A DNA stretch of 63,508 bases, counting the filler, from Octopus bimaculoides (taxonomy: Eukaryota): assembly GCF_001194135.2 (NCBI RefSeq). It is 9 parts of 7 records of this genome, joined end to end, with 100 filler letters (N's around TTAATTAATTAA, not from the genome) between each part and the next. Parts side by side here need not be neighbours in the genome. Positions count along the whole stretch, not along the records: positions 1 to 11,541 come from NC_068991.1; 8 more parts are not named here. One strand, given 5' to 3'. Of this stretch, positions 1 through 11,597 are shown piece by piece (the stretch's first letter is position 1; each line of letters begins with the position of its first letter). The notes below the pieces were generated by a model. It worked only from the letters and a program-made list of their open reading frames with translations, had not been told where the DNA came from and did not search any database. The position numbers and the translations under genes were made by a program.

Positions 1-1537
1 GCTGCTGCTGCTGTTAATACTACTGAAGGTGTGTAGCTGTTGTTGCACTTGTTCAACCCCAAGTCTTTAATCCTGATCATGCACACTGATGATCAAAAAC
101 ATTCCATTTGTGAACATCTAGACTTTTTATTTTCCTGTCAAATATGGTGTGTGTTCTTCCTTTTCCAAGACAGCAGGATGTGATTTCAAGGAGAATTGGC
201 TGCTATTTCAAGTAAACCAAAGGACCCTGTAGAGATCCTGTCTTCAATTCACTTGTAGATTTATTCTAATGTAAAGGTAATTTTTACCTGAAGCCATCCT
301 CATGCTGACACTGTATTATTGTCAAGGTAACATTGAATGTCAAGGCCAGATTCACATAAAGCCAGCTCCACTCTAAACACATCACAATCCATTGGCAGGC
401 TTCTGTCTACATTCTTATGTAAGGTTAAGCTCTCAGTTAAATGTCGTGGTCATCGTCGTCGTAGTGGTGGTGATGATGGTGGTGGTGGAGGTGATGGTGG
501 TGGTNNNNNNNNNNNNNNNNNNNNNNNNNNNNNNNNNNNNNNNNNNNNNNNNNNNNNNNNNNNNNNNNNNNNNNNNNNNNNNNNNNNNNNNNNNNNNNNN
601 NNNNNNNNNNNNNNNNNNNNNNNNNNNNNNNNNNNNNNNNNNNNNNNNNNNNNNNNNNNNNNNNNNNNNNNNNNNNNNNNNNNNNNNNNNNNNNNNNNNN
701 NNNNNNNNNNNNNNNNNNNNNNNNNNNNNNNNNNNNNNNNNNNNNNNNNNNNNNNNNNNNNNNNNNNNNNNNNNNNNNNNNNNNNNNNNNNNNNNNNNNN
801 NNNNNNNNNNNNNNNNNNNNNNNNNNNNNNNNNNNNNNNNNNNNNNNNNNNNNNNNNNNNNNNNNNNNNNNNNNNNNNNNNNNNNNNNNNNNNNNNNNNN
901 NNNNNNNNNNNNNNNNNNNNNNNNNNNNNNNNNNNNNNNNNNNNNNNNNNNNNNNNNNNNNNNNNNNNNNNNNNNNNNNNNNNNNNNNNNNNNNNNNNNN
1001 NNNNNNNNNNNNNNNNNNNNNNNNNNNNNNNNNNNNNNNNNNNNNNNNNNNNNNNNNNNNNNNNNNNNNNNNNNNNNNNNNNNNNNNNNNNNNNNNNNNN
1101 NNNNNNNNNNNNNNNNNNNNNNNNNNNNNNNNNNNNNNNNNNNNNNNNNNNNNNNNNNNNNNNNNNNNNNNNNNNNNNNNNNNNNNNNNNNNNNNNNNNN
1201 NNNNNNNNNNNNNNNNNNNNNNNNNNNNNNNNNNNNNNNNNNNNNNNNNNNNNNNNNNNNNNNNNNNNNNNNNNNNNNNNNNNNNNNNNNNNNNNNNNNN
1301 NNNNNNNNNNNNNNNNNNNNNNNNNNNNNNNNNNNNNNNNNNNNNNNNNNNNNNNNNNNNNNNNNTATATGTATATAGGGGTAGAGAGTTGGCAATCCTC
1401 GAAATGCATGAATAAAAATCAAAACTGAAATTTAAAATACCAAAGAGCAGAAAGTAAAAACAAACATCCTAAAAAATTAAATAAGCTGTTTATATTGTAA
1501 TCTTAATTATTCTTTTCTCTAAATTACTTTTATTTAG

Positions 1538-1680
1538 TCAGGTGCATGGCCTAATTGTTAGAATATTCAGCTCATGATCATATGGTTGTGGGTTCAATTT
1601 CTGGACTGAGTAACATGTTATTTATTTCATCCTTGAGCATGGCATTTTATTCCAAGCTTCTCCAGTTTATTCATTTGTTA
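1538..1680 (+). mobile_element. Degenerate tRNA-derived SINE (family D)
   Basis: A-box-like TGGCCTAATTGTTAG and B-box-like GGTTCAATTTC, followed by ATCCTTGAGCATGGCATTTTATT; similar to the minus-strand copy at 18195-18368. Confidence 0.55.
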
Positions 1681-2158
1681 TGAACATCATCATCACCCAG
1701 ATGCTGATGCAAACTTCTCTCCCCACCCCTCTCTCTCTCTTTCTCTTTGTCTTTCTTTCTCTCCAGCTGTCACATCCTGAATGTTCTACAGGGTCAAGAA
1801 CAAATGAGGAGGCACCTAGAGACAGACAAACAGACAGACAGAGCAAGAGAGCCTGTGCCCATGATTAAAACAAATCACAAAAGCATAATACTTGTTACCA
1901 AACTCTATGATATTCCTGCCCAAACCATTATGAAAATGCCAGAAAACATGAAAAAAAAAAAGAAAATGCATAAATTAAGACCACAATAAAAATATAATGC
2001 TGTAGAAGAAAATAAATATCAAAACCATTTCTAAAGAAATGCAAAATTATTGTTACCAAATAGAGAAGTGTCAAAGAATACAAGAATTAGAACAGGCAGC
2101 AACCATTTTTATGAGTGTGTAAGAGCCAGTGCTATTAAATACTTTGAAACTAACTTAC

Positions 2159-2236
2159 CAATTTTCTCTGATTTCCACTTCTAAAAACTCCTTTTCTTGG
2201 TGCTAAAATTGTGCTTTCATGAGCTTCATTCGAAAT
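2159..2236 (-). CDS. Weak candidate internal exon (phase 0-0, ISNEAHESTILAPRKGVFRSGNQRKL)
   Basis: 78 nt, open only in phase 0, perfect donor TTG|GTAAGT; acceptor (caatatag) has a poor pyrimidine tract. No homology recognised. Confidence 0.22.
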
Positions 2237-2714
2237 CTATATTGATCCATTTATAATAAAATGTTACCTAATATACAAGCTGTGTGATACCAGAAATAAT
2301 CTCTTTCTATTGTTTCATATTTTATGGTAACGATTTTGTTGCCTTCTATTAATACCATTTATTGAAGAAAATGTGTTTTACTTGCCACTGTAAATGCTGA
2401 AAAATCAAAGAATCAAATAGAGAGTTCCAATGCAAGATAATACAGGTTCAGTAATTCCTTGTTTGGTCATCAAATAAGTTATATCAAGATAGAACAAGCT
2501 TTACATGATCGTTGTCGATGCAGTTCCTTTTCTTTTTTTTCTTCCTCTCTCTCTCTCTCTTTAAGCTTCTTGCATGCAATCATTGCTGAGTTGCTATACA
2601 GCTGCCATCTCATGCTTGTATACACCTACACATGTGGTTTAATCCCCTCATCACCAGCAATGATAAAGCAGTAATAAAGTGTCCCTGCGTGTATTTCTGT
2701 TGGTGCGTCAGACA

Positions 2715-2895
2715 AAATGCTCAGCAGCGTTTCTTCCATGATTTTAGATTCTCAGCTCAAATTTCACTGAGGTCAATTTTGATTTTTTATCCCTCCAGGG
2801 TCGATAAAATAAAGTACCAGTCAAGTACTGGGAGCAATGGTATTGACTTACCCCTTCCTCTCAAAACTGTTCGCCATGCACCTAAGTTAGAAATA
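2715..2895 (+). mobile_element. SINE family A copy (core ...CCTCCAGGGTCGATAAAATAAAGTACCAG...)
   Basis: Shares the core of the family seen >15 times in the window; ends in an (AAT)n tail. Confidence 0.75.
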
Positions 2896-2917
2896 ATAAT
2901 AATAATAATAATAATGA

Positions 2918-2929
2918 TAAGAAGAAGAA

Positions 2930-2960
<31 letters not shown>

Positions 2961-3012
2961 AAGAAGAAGAAGAAGAAGAAGAAGAAGAAGAAGAAGAAGA
3001 AGAAGAAGAAAA
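2918..3012. repeat. (GAA)n microsatellite
   Basis: About 30 GAA units, directly visible. Confidence 0.95.
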
Positions 3013-3019
3013 AGAATGT

Positions 3020-3541
3020 ATGCCCTGATGCAGTACCAGGCAGTGGCTCTCATGGCTTCTGATCTTAATTGATTGGAAGTGTTATCATGTACATTGTTTT
3101 GTCTTCATATAAAAAATGGGCTACAGCAAATATTCTGCTCAATACCACAGATTTGCTTGTCAGTTGTTTGACCTTAACCAGTTGAGCATGTCCCTTGGGG
3201 GCTGACGATATGTGCATCTCTGATCATGAGCAGAAGTATTGGGGGAGCATCATAGCCATGTGTTGAGAGGAATTCTTTGGGGTTTGGATAATTCACTCTA
3301 GAAACATGGGTGTTTCATTCATCATCCTTAAACAACCCTTATTCAGGGACCTCTTGAGTAGGATGGGCTACATGATCAACTGGTTAAGGTCAAACAACTG
3401 ACAAGTAGATCTGTGGTATTGAGCAGAATATTTGCTGCAGCCCTTCTTTTATACTAAGACAAAACAACGTACATGATAACACTTCCAATCAATTAAGATC
3501 AGAAGCCATCAGAGCCACTGCCTGGTACTGCATCCGGGCAT
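3020..3541. mobile_element. Foldback/MITE-like element with 166-bp terminal inverted repeats
   Basis: 3020-3185 (ATGCCCTGATGCAGTACCAGGCAGTGGCTCT...CCAGTTGA) is the near reverse complement of 3376-3541; spacer about 190 bp; lies between (GAA)n and (ATT)n tracts. Confidence 0.9.
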
Positions 3542-3560
3542 TTATAATTATTATTATTAC

Positions 3561-3602
<42 letters not shown>

Positions 3603-3866
3603 CATTATTATTCAGTAGTCTTATTTTTGTTACATGCTTTCGCTGCTCTCCCAAGCACAACCCTGGTTGTGTGCCTTGGGTATGCATTGAGGTCTGTTTT
3701 GATGTTTTGCTTTTGGTCATAACTAAATTCCACAAGGCATTTTGTCCCTCTCACCCAACAACTCTGCCAAACCACACCAAATTAATAATTAAATTTAATT
3801 TCATTCTTCAACCCATTATTACCATTCAACCGTTTCAAATAAACTTCCTGTCATCTTTTCCAACAG

Positions 3867-4170
3867 ACACCACAGCTTGCAGTGACACTTGATGAGAAAC
3901 CTTCTCTGATGAAGGGACATTCATTCTCTGAACTAAACGAGAACGAAGAGAAGGATTACACAGAGACATCAAACAAAACTGACAATTCATCAGAAGATAA
4001 TAATGGCCAACCTGTTGCATTTAGACGCAATACAAAAGTGTATTATTTGCCAGACAAATCGGATTATAAAGCTCAGTTTTTCTGTCTTAATTCAAATTTT
4101 ACACCTGATCTAAAATGCATCACACCAACAAAAGAAATTAAACTTGATTCAACAAAGCTTTTATTTAAAG
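3867..4170 (+). CDS. Candidate internal coding exon of an unidentified host gene (TPQLAVTLDEKPSLMKG...DLKCITPTKEIKLDSTKLLFK)
   Basis: Acceptor tcatcttttccaacag|, donor AAAG|GTAATA, 304 nt stop-free non-repetitive frame. A possible next acceptor at 4256 would add GWLSNEG*. Confidence 0.5.
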
Positions 4171-4485
4171 GTAATATTTACTATTAAAATGCTCTTGTGA
4201 TTGCTAGCCTTGCTTTTGTTGTAGTGGCTGTTTTCTGTTGCTTTTAAAACCCTTCAGGATGGTTATCAAATGAGGGTTGAACTTTTTTATAATTCTACCA
4301 ATTGTAGAGTCTCTTCCGAAGAGCAGACATCTTGAATCTCTTCTAAGAAGAGCAAAACCAACTAGTGCCAGCATGGAAAATGGACGTCAAATGATGATGA
4401 TGATGATGGTGGTGATCTATACATGTGTACATATGTATGCATATATGTATATATATATATGTATGTGTGTGTTCCTGTGTGTGTA

Positions 4486-5380
4486 TTGGGTCATCCCATA
4501 AATAATGTCATTTTTTATACTTCTTTTATTTTTGAAAATTAAGATAAACAAAGTTTTTTTTTAATCTAAAATATACTCTTCTACAATGCTCTTTCGTCTA
4601 TCTGGTAGACTTGCCCCTCTTTCAAAATCCACTTGTCCGTGATGGAAAATACTCCTCCAGTATTGTTCTGAACTCATCTCCAGAATTCGTATATTTTCTG
4701 TCCAAATTATTTTGAAGAATTCGGAATAAATGATAATCAGATGGGGCAATGTCTAGTGAATATAATGGGTGGGGCATCGTTTCCCATTCAAACTGCTCTG
4801 TGGCCGGGCATTATCTTGATGGAAGAATACCTTTCATCTTGAAACCAAAGATGGTCGTTTTCCTTCTAGCGCTGATTTGAAATACTAGTTGAATGACCAA
4901 ATCCAAGCTTCTCTGCAAGTTCCTCAACAGTTACGATGGGATTTTGTTTCCCATAGGGTTTTGCAGGACGTCCTTGTCAAGATCTACAGATCTTCCAGGA
5001 TGAGACTCATCTTCTGGGCTGTAGTTTCCGGCTCAGAATTTCTGGAATCACTGTTGACACTGGCTTATACTTATTGTCCGATCTCCTGTCACTGCATTAA
5101 TATTCCTCGCACTTTCCATTGCATTGTTGTTTTTATTGAACTCAAAGCAAAATATGCCAAATATGCTCTTTTGTCACTTCCATCATAGCTTTGAAAACAT
5201 AGCTTTGAAAACATAGCTGTTAAAATCGAACTTCACTCTTCAAAACTTGCACAAAGAATAAGGACAAGGTAAAATTACTACCTTCTTTATAGCAAGTTGA
5301 GGCAGGTAGTTCATCCCATCCCCCACCGACCTTTAGTTCATGCAACTGAAAATAACCACATTATTTATGGGATGACCCAA
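4486..5380 (-). mobile_element. Internally deleted mariner (Tc1/mariner, DD34D-type) transposon
   Basis: TIRs TTGGGTCATCCCATAAATAATG / CATTATTTATGGGATGACCCAA with TA on both sides (4484-85, 5381-82). Minus strand encodes degenerate N-terminal HTH (MMEVTKEHIWHI...VTVEELAEKLGFGHST), FHQDNARP and YSLDIAPSDYHLF (mariner YSPDLAPSDY motif); stops and frameshifts present. Confidence 0.92.
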
Positions 5381-6560
5381 TAAATATATATATATATATA
5401 CATTGGTCAGCCCAGGGCTATAGTAGAAGACACTTGCCCAAGGTGTTTGTTGTGCGGTGGGACTGAACCTGAAACCACATGATTGCAAAGTGAAGCTTCT
5501 TAGGATGCATTAGACAAGATGATGGAACGAGGGATGACCACAGCTGAAAACTCTTTGTATCATAGGCCAACTCAATTATGAATGAACAGAGATGAAACAA
5601 CGAAAACAATAACAAAAGTATAGAAACCACAAAGAAACAAGTAATTAGTGAGGTTTTTAATTAGATCTCATTACTCAAGCTTTAAGATCAACCGTAAGAG
5701 TTTTCTTGAATGTTGGAGTCAAGAAGCAGCAAACCCTCTTGCGGTCCTGCATTTCAAAGATGCTGCTGTATCCAACGTAAGCGTCGGTCAGCCTTTAATC
5801 TAAAGTAGGTTAGAAATAGCAAGTAGATCAATGCCACGAAAGACATTTATATATCACTAATAAAATTTAATATATAATCCTCTGATCGATAATCTGCCAG
5901 TGTTGTAATCTGTGATATTCTCCTGACTGCGCATAATAAATGGAAGATGAAGAGCACCACCCTGGATTCGTTATTTATTCATGTTTGACCTACTATCACC
6001 AACAAATAAAGAATTTCACATATCCAGTCTGGAGTTAGACTATGAATAAAGATTCCCTAATGAAACAAAGTCTAGAATTCATAAACTAGAGTTATTTTTC
6101 TCTCATTTAGACAAGCCGATATTGTATCCAGTAGTAAATTTTATTGACTTCAAAGTCATCACCATCATCATCATCATCGTTTATATCAGTTTTCCAATAC
6201 TGGCCTGGCTTAGCCTGGTCAGATCTGTTGCAATCCTTTATCATCTAATACATCCAATAAAGATGAAACTGCCAATCTCCATTGTTGTGTATCACTCGTT
6301 TCCTTTACTTCTATTTTTATAATAGATTTTACAGCTGGAATACAATTCCAGTTGCCAACCACTTTATAGTATAGGTACATTCTATCATGTCTCTAGTTTG
6401 TAAGGAAATGTCTGCTAGCACTAAATTACCATTATATCTATTCTGTATCAGATTTTTTTCAGAGTTTCTGCTCTCCTCGGTGGATTGCCTCCTCTGCAGC
6501 TTGTAACAATCCACATTAGTTCATTGAAATTCAGCAGCAAATCTAAATGTTTATCCAGAT

Positions 6561-7011
6561 GGAGTAAAGATTATTTGCCAACATAACATGGCAGTCCTGG
6601 TTTAGGACGAATGTTACTGTAATTTAGCCCCAGGAGACATTGTCTCCAGCTGGCTATATGACACAACCTGTGTCCCTATATTTTCAAACAAGGGAATCCA
6701 GTAATTTCTAATTTATAGATGATCAGTGACTAGTTGTCACTTTGAAAACTATATATTTCGAATGAGAATTTGGCAGCACCACCTCTAGCCGAAGAATTAT
6801 TCTGTGCTGAAGAAGGGAAATAACCCAGAAATCGTGATACACAGATATTGTTTTCAGCTGAGTGGGGGTGCTAGTTTCCCTTATTCAAAAATATAAAGAC
6901 ACAGATCATGCCATATAGCCAGCTGGAGATGATGTCTCCTGGGGCTAAATTACAGCAACATTAGTCCTAAACCAGGACTGCCATGTTATGTTGGCAAACA
7001 ATCTTTACTCC
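6561..7011. mobile_element. Foldback element with ~141-bp inverted arms (6561-6701 / 6871-7011)
   Basis: GGAGTAAAGATTATTTGCCAACATAACATGGCAGTCCTGG... mirrored by ...CCAGGACTGCCATGTTATGTTGGCAAACAATCTTTACTCC with few mismatches; no TSD recognised. Confidence 0.9.
6801..6845 (+). ncRNA. Minimal type I hammerhead ribozyme (Penelope-like, dimer-type stem III)
   Basis: Stem I TCTGTG(6801-06)/CACAGA(6840-45); core CTGAAGA(6807-13); stem II GGG/CCC with AAATAA loop; GAAA(6828-31); quasi-palindromic stem III ATCGTGAT; cleavage triplet AUA, predicted cut after 6839. One extra A precedes GAAA. Confidence 0.65.
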
Positions 7012-8610
7012 AAAGTACTGTTGCTAAATATCTCTCGTTGTGAGATTTAAAAATAGTAATTTTCTAACTTCATCCAGATATTTTGAAGTATTAAGGAAAC
7101 ACAAGATATTAACAGATTAAGCACTCTCAAATTTAATACAAGTCCAGGGGGAAGCCATGGATATTCCACAACCCATTTTGTAATACAGTGTCAGCCATAA
7201 ACATCTCCCTACTTCCTAATGATAATTTCTGGTCATTTCCTTCACAATTCTTTGATTAATTTCTAGAAAGCCTTGTCAATTCTCTGCCGCCATGTTTTCT
7301 CTTCTTGCTTATTTTCTCATTCTGGCTTTTGCAAAATATTCTTGCCTATCATCATCATCATCATCATCATCATCATTTTGCCTTCTTTCCGGATTGACAA
7401 CTCTCATTCTTTTCCTATCAGCTTCCATTTCATCATTTGTCATGTGAAACTTCCACGTGCACACACTCACACACGAATGTTAATGACATGTGCATATACA
7501 CACATACACACCACCACTCTCTCTTTCACACACACACACACACAGTTGATTATCATCTGCATATGTATGTATGTAGGTGCATGCCTGTAGCATTTGTATG
7601 TGTATGTGTGCATGCGTCAGTAGTGTTCATTTCACTCTCTCTCTCTCTCTATCACACACACACATACACACACACTCACCATCTTTTTTCCACAGTATGA
7701 CAGATTTTTTTACACCACCAAAATTTACCTTTAGCATGTTAATTTAATAAATATTATCTGATTTAATACAAGATGATATCAAACACAGTCTTGGAAATAA
7801 CTTATTTGATTATCTCGTGAATTCTATATGGAATTCCTTAGTTTACAGAGACAGAATTTCATCAGTCATTTTAATCCTGCAAGACAATTAGATATTTCAT
7901 AACCTATAAAAGTCCACTAAAATGAAATTCTGAAAACAAAAAACAATTAAGCTGCTCTGATTGTCTGTGCAGTTCTTAGACTGAAAGTCAAACTTGAGAA
8001 AAAAAAAAAAAATATCATTCCTCAACCTACGATACATTGCATTGAATTGTGTAGGATCTAAAACTGAACCTTATATATACGTTAGGAGTCCCTAATTTGT
8101 ATACCATAAATATCAGTGGCCTGTCAACGGAGACCTTAGTTTATGTAGTATCAAGGTCTGATATAATGAATATGCACCATATGGTATAAGTATAAACACA
8201 GGGTAAATTTTAGCCATTTCTCCGCAAACTGAAAAAATAGCTTTCTGAGATCTTCTTTTGAGAAATAGGCAATGAATAAAACAACTATACCCACAAGAAC
8301 ATGACTTTGACCAGACAGGAGACAAAATAAGCCAACAGGATTGTATGGAACTGTTCTAAGTCTTTTAAATTGTGAGACACATTTTGAAGAACATGAATCT
8401 TCAATAACCATTGAGAATCATCTATTTGGTAACATTGTTGCATTCTTGGTTGTAATTGTAATTGTCATTACTTTGTATTTGATTGCATTAACAGAAACCG
8501 TTCCATGGCAGAATCAGTTGCAGACATCAATCATCAGTTATTTCGAAAGAGAACCTCCAATACAACTGCTGATACGCAAAGCAGCAAACTAATAATAATA
8601 CAAAAGACAA

Positions 8611-8895
8611 GCTGCCTTTTAGATCACCACATGTTATGCATTCAAAAGCTGCCTTGTAGATCACCACATGTTACACATTCACAAACTGCCTTTTAGATCA
8701 CCACATGTTCTGCAGTCACAAACTGCCTTTTAGATCACATGTTACACATTCACAAGCTGCCTTTTAGAATACCACATGTTACACATTCACAAACTGCTTG
8801 TTAGAACACCACATGTTACACATTTCACAAACTGCCTTTTAGATCACCACATGTTACACATTCACAGACTGCTTTACACAATGAACCACCACATG
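8611..8895. repeat. ~37-bp minisatellite, ~7.5 copies
   Basis: Unit CTGCCTTTTAGATCACCACATGTTACACATTCACAAA repeated head-to-tail with small variants. Confidence 0.9.
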
Positions 8896-10349
8896 AGAGT
8901 CTATATTGTTGCTTGACTGATGAGAATTGAAATCACACCTTACCATCTTCACAAAAAAAAAAAGCGTCCATTATTTGCTACTAAATCATGAATCCCTGTA
9001 ATAGTTCTGTAAAGCTTCCATCTTCATTGCTCCTTGTTGTTCAACCTAATTTCCTATATTTTATTGATCTGATCAATCAAATATATTTGTAAACCAAAGC
9101 AACATATCGACATCATCATCATCATCATCATCATCAACAACAACACCACCAACAATACAAAAAAAACCTCTATGAGCGTCATGGGCAAAGTGTAGCCCAT
9201 GGCTTTTTCTGAATGGCTTTTGCCTACCAAAATGTTTCCTTGAATTGTTTAGAAGCACAGCCTGACCAATGATGAGTCTTGTCTCATGCATTCTAGTTCT
9301 TGTAAAGGTTTTCCTGTGCCTGTTCAATGCAGTTGTTTGACCTGTCAGAAATAGAAGCTAAACCTCCTTCAGATCACATACTCACCCTCTGACCATCAGA
9401 TGATGCAGATCTTAAATATATAAAAAGATGGGATTGCTGAGGCTGGAAAGGTTTCTATCATAGGTCTGCTTGAGGATAGCTGACCCAGGGTTAAACCACG
9501 ACAACATGAAGGCGAAAGAAATGCATGAGCCATTTTCATGGAAAAGAAATTTAAAAAAAAAGGAAGCGGTCAAAACAGCCAAAGATAGACAGCAAGAGCA
9601 AAAGCCAGGGATATAACCAAGTCAAAGATACTTTGATAGGAAAATTCTTCAGAACTAACAGAATCACTGCATAAATTATTATGTGAAGGCTGATAACACA
9701 ACAAGAACTGTTGAGTCAAAGCAGATTCCTATCTTTACCAATCTCAGCAATGTTATTCTTCATGTAATTACTCTCAGATTTTATCTTTTTTATCTCAGAT
9801 GAAAAAAAAAATAAGCAGTTAAAATTATTGATTAGTGCTTTGGGTTCATTAAAATCAGGATAAATATGTTGATTGCTATTTCTTCAAACAATGGTCGGAA
9901 TTTTGTGCAATTAGCACTGTGGCGTCGTCAAAGTCTGAGTCTTTGGAATCACTGTACAGCATTCCTTACAATTCCTTGTTCTTGTCATTCAGTGTCCCTT
10001 TTCTAGGTTCTGCACTCACCACTTTCCTCTGGTCCTTCCATATATAAGTTCCCTGGGATTTCCACCCTTCCGGTGATTTCCCTGCATCTGACTTTCAGCT
10101 ATTGCTGTCCAAGCAAAGCAGCAACTGTATCAATCTCTTTGGTCTTGAAGGGTCTCTGGAGAGTGTTCCTCTAAACCAAACCCTTTAACCCTAGAGATAC
10201 CAATTATTCAGAGACTCCTTCCCCCATCCTCTCATTTATAACACAAGAATTCCTGGTTCCAAATGTTTTTGCTTCAATTAACCTTCCAATGCCATTTCTT
10301 ATAAGAACCTTTCTTTCAGTTATGTTCCAGACATCAACTTAATAATTAT

Positions 10350-10565
10350 TCCTACTCTAGGGACATGGCCTTGAAAATTTGGGGGGAAGGGGGTCTAGTC
10401 AATTATATTGATCCCAGTGAGACAACTGGTACTTATTTCATTGACCTTGAAAGGATGAAGGCAAAGTCAACCTTGGTGAAATTTGAACTCAGAACATAGC
10501 AGCAGACAAAATACTGCTAATCATTTCGCCCAGTGTGCTAACAATTGTGCCAGTTCATTACCTTT
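10350..10565 (-). mobile_element. SINE family A copy
   Basis: Reverse complement of head plus core (GAAAGGATGAAGGCAAAGTCAACCTTGGTGAAATTTGAACTCAGAAC). Confidence 0.8.
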
Positions 10566-10659
10566 CACATCAACTTAATGAAAACATAACACATTATAAT
10601 ATAACTTCTGCTTTCTGTGCCTTCTCTTATTCTTTTCTGACATGTAATATACACAATTC

Positions 10660-10728
10660 ATTATAATAATAATATTATAATTATTGTTGTTGTTGTTATT
10701 ATTATTATTATTGTTATTGTTGTTGTTG

Positions 10729-10816
<88 letters not shown>

Positions 10817-10830
10817 CATTATTATTATTA
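10660..10830. repeat. (ATT/GTT)n compound microsatellite
   Basis: Directly visible; produces spurious poly-Leu/poly-Asn ORFs. Confidence 0.95.
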
Positions 10831-10834
10831 CTAT

Positions 10835-11050
10835 GGCAGCGAGCTGGCAGAATCTTTAGCACGCTGGGTGAAATACTTTGCGGTATTTTGCCCATTGCTC
10901 TGTTCTGAGTTCAAATTCTGCCCAGGTCAGCTTTGTCTTTCGTCCTTCCAGGGTCAATAAATTAAGTACCAGTGAAACACTGGGGTTGATGTAATTGACT
11001 TACCCCCTCTCCCCTGAACTTGCTGGATTTGTGCCAAAATTTGAAACCAT
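10835..11050 (+). mobile_element. SINE family A, near full-length copy
   Basis: tRNA-like head GGCAGCGAGCTGGCAGAATC...GAGTTCAAATTC, core CCTTCCAGGGTCAATAAATTAAGTACCAG, ATT tail. Further approximate copies at 12240-12600(-), 14995-15150(+), 19790-19960(+), 21990-22160(-), 25520-25800(-), 27868-28060, 30030-30240(-), 35680-35890(-), 36050-36420(-), 38590-38965(+), 53810-54005(-), 62730-62825(-). Confidence 0.85.
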
Positions 11051-11493
11051 TATTATTATTATTATTATTATTTTATCAATCTAGAGGTATAAAGCTGAAA
11101 ATCAGCCTTGATGGAATTTGAATCCAGAATGTAAGGGTCCCTCTCTCACTACTACCAAGCACCTTGCCTGGTTTAACCAATTCTGTGAAACCCTTCATTA
11201 TGACTTTATGTTTCAGACATAATGTTTCCCTTTTCTTAAGATGGTTGGGTGTTATTTGAGGAAGACTTGGCTGATATTTCTAGCAGCCTGATCGATTGTA
11301 CAGTATCTCTTCCATTGAGGATTTCTGTGAGAGAATGGTCTGATGATCGCTTTACTCCTCCATTCTCCACTTCCATACCACCACCACCACCACCACCGCC
11401 GCCGCCGCCGCCACTTTAATTGCCCACCCCCACCCCTGACTCTATGACATTCAGTACCATCATATACATCATCACTACCAATACTACTACTAT

Positions 11494-11526
<33 letters not shown>

Positions 11527-11585
11527 CATTATCACTACCACNNNNNNNNNNNNNNNNNNNNNNNNNNNNNNNNNNNNNNNNNNNN

Positions 11586-11597
11586 TTAATTAATTAA
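11586..11597. other. Assembly gap spacer TTAATTAATTAA (artificial)
   Basis: Identical 12-mer centred in a 44N+12+44N block, also at 21457, 24136, 42434, 47720, 49696, 56228 and 60909; contains stops in all six frames. Confidence 0.95.

Noticed and set aside
337-1428. Long ORFs in the track here and at the other N-gaps (15153, 24797, 26407, 36575, 38997, 45048, 48279, 52997, 60989 etc.)
   Set aside because: They are open only because N codons translate as X.
8495-8592. Possible terminal exon ETVPWQNQLQTSIISYFEREPPIQLLIRKAAN* after a good acceptor
   Set aside because: All three frames are fairly open and no homology is recognised; there is too little evidence to call it.
8917-8932. CTGATGA-gaatt-GAAA hammerhead-like core; similar spacing at 40397-40410 (+) and about 48050-48072 (-)
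   Set aside because: No stem I/III pairing or NUH triplet can be built around them.
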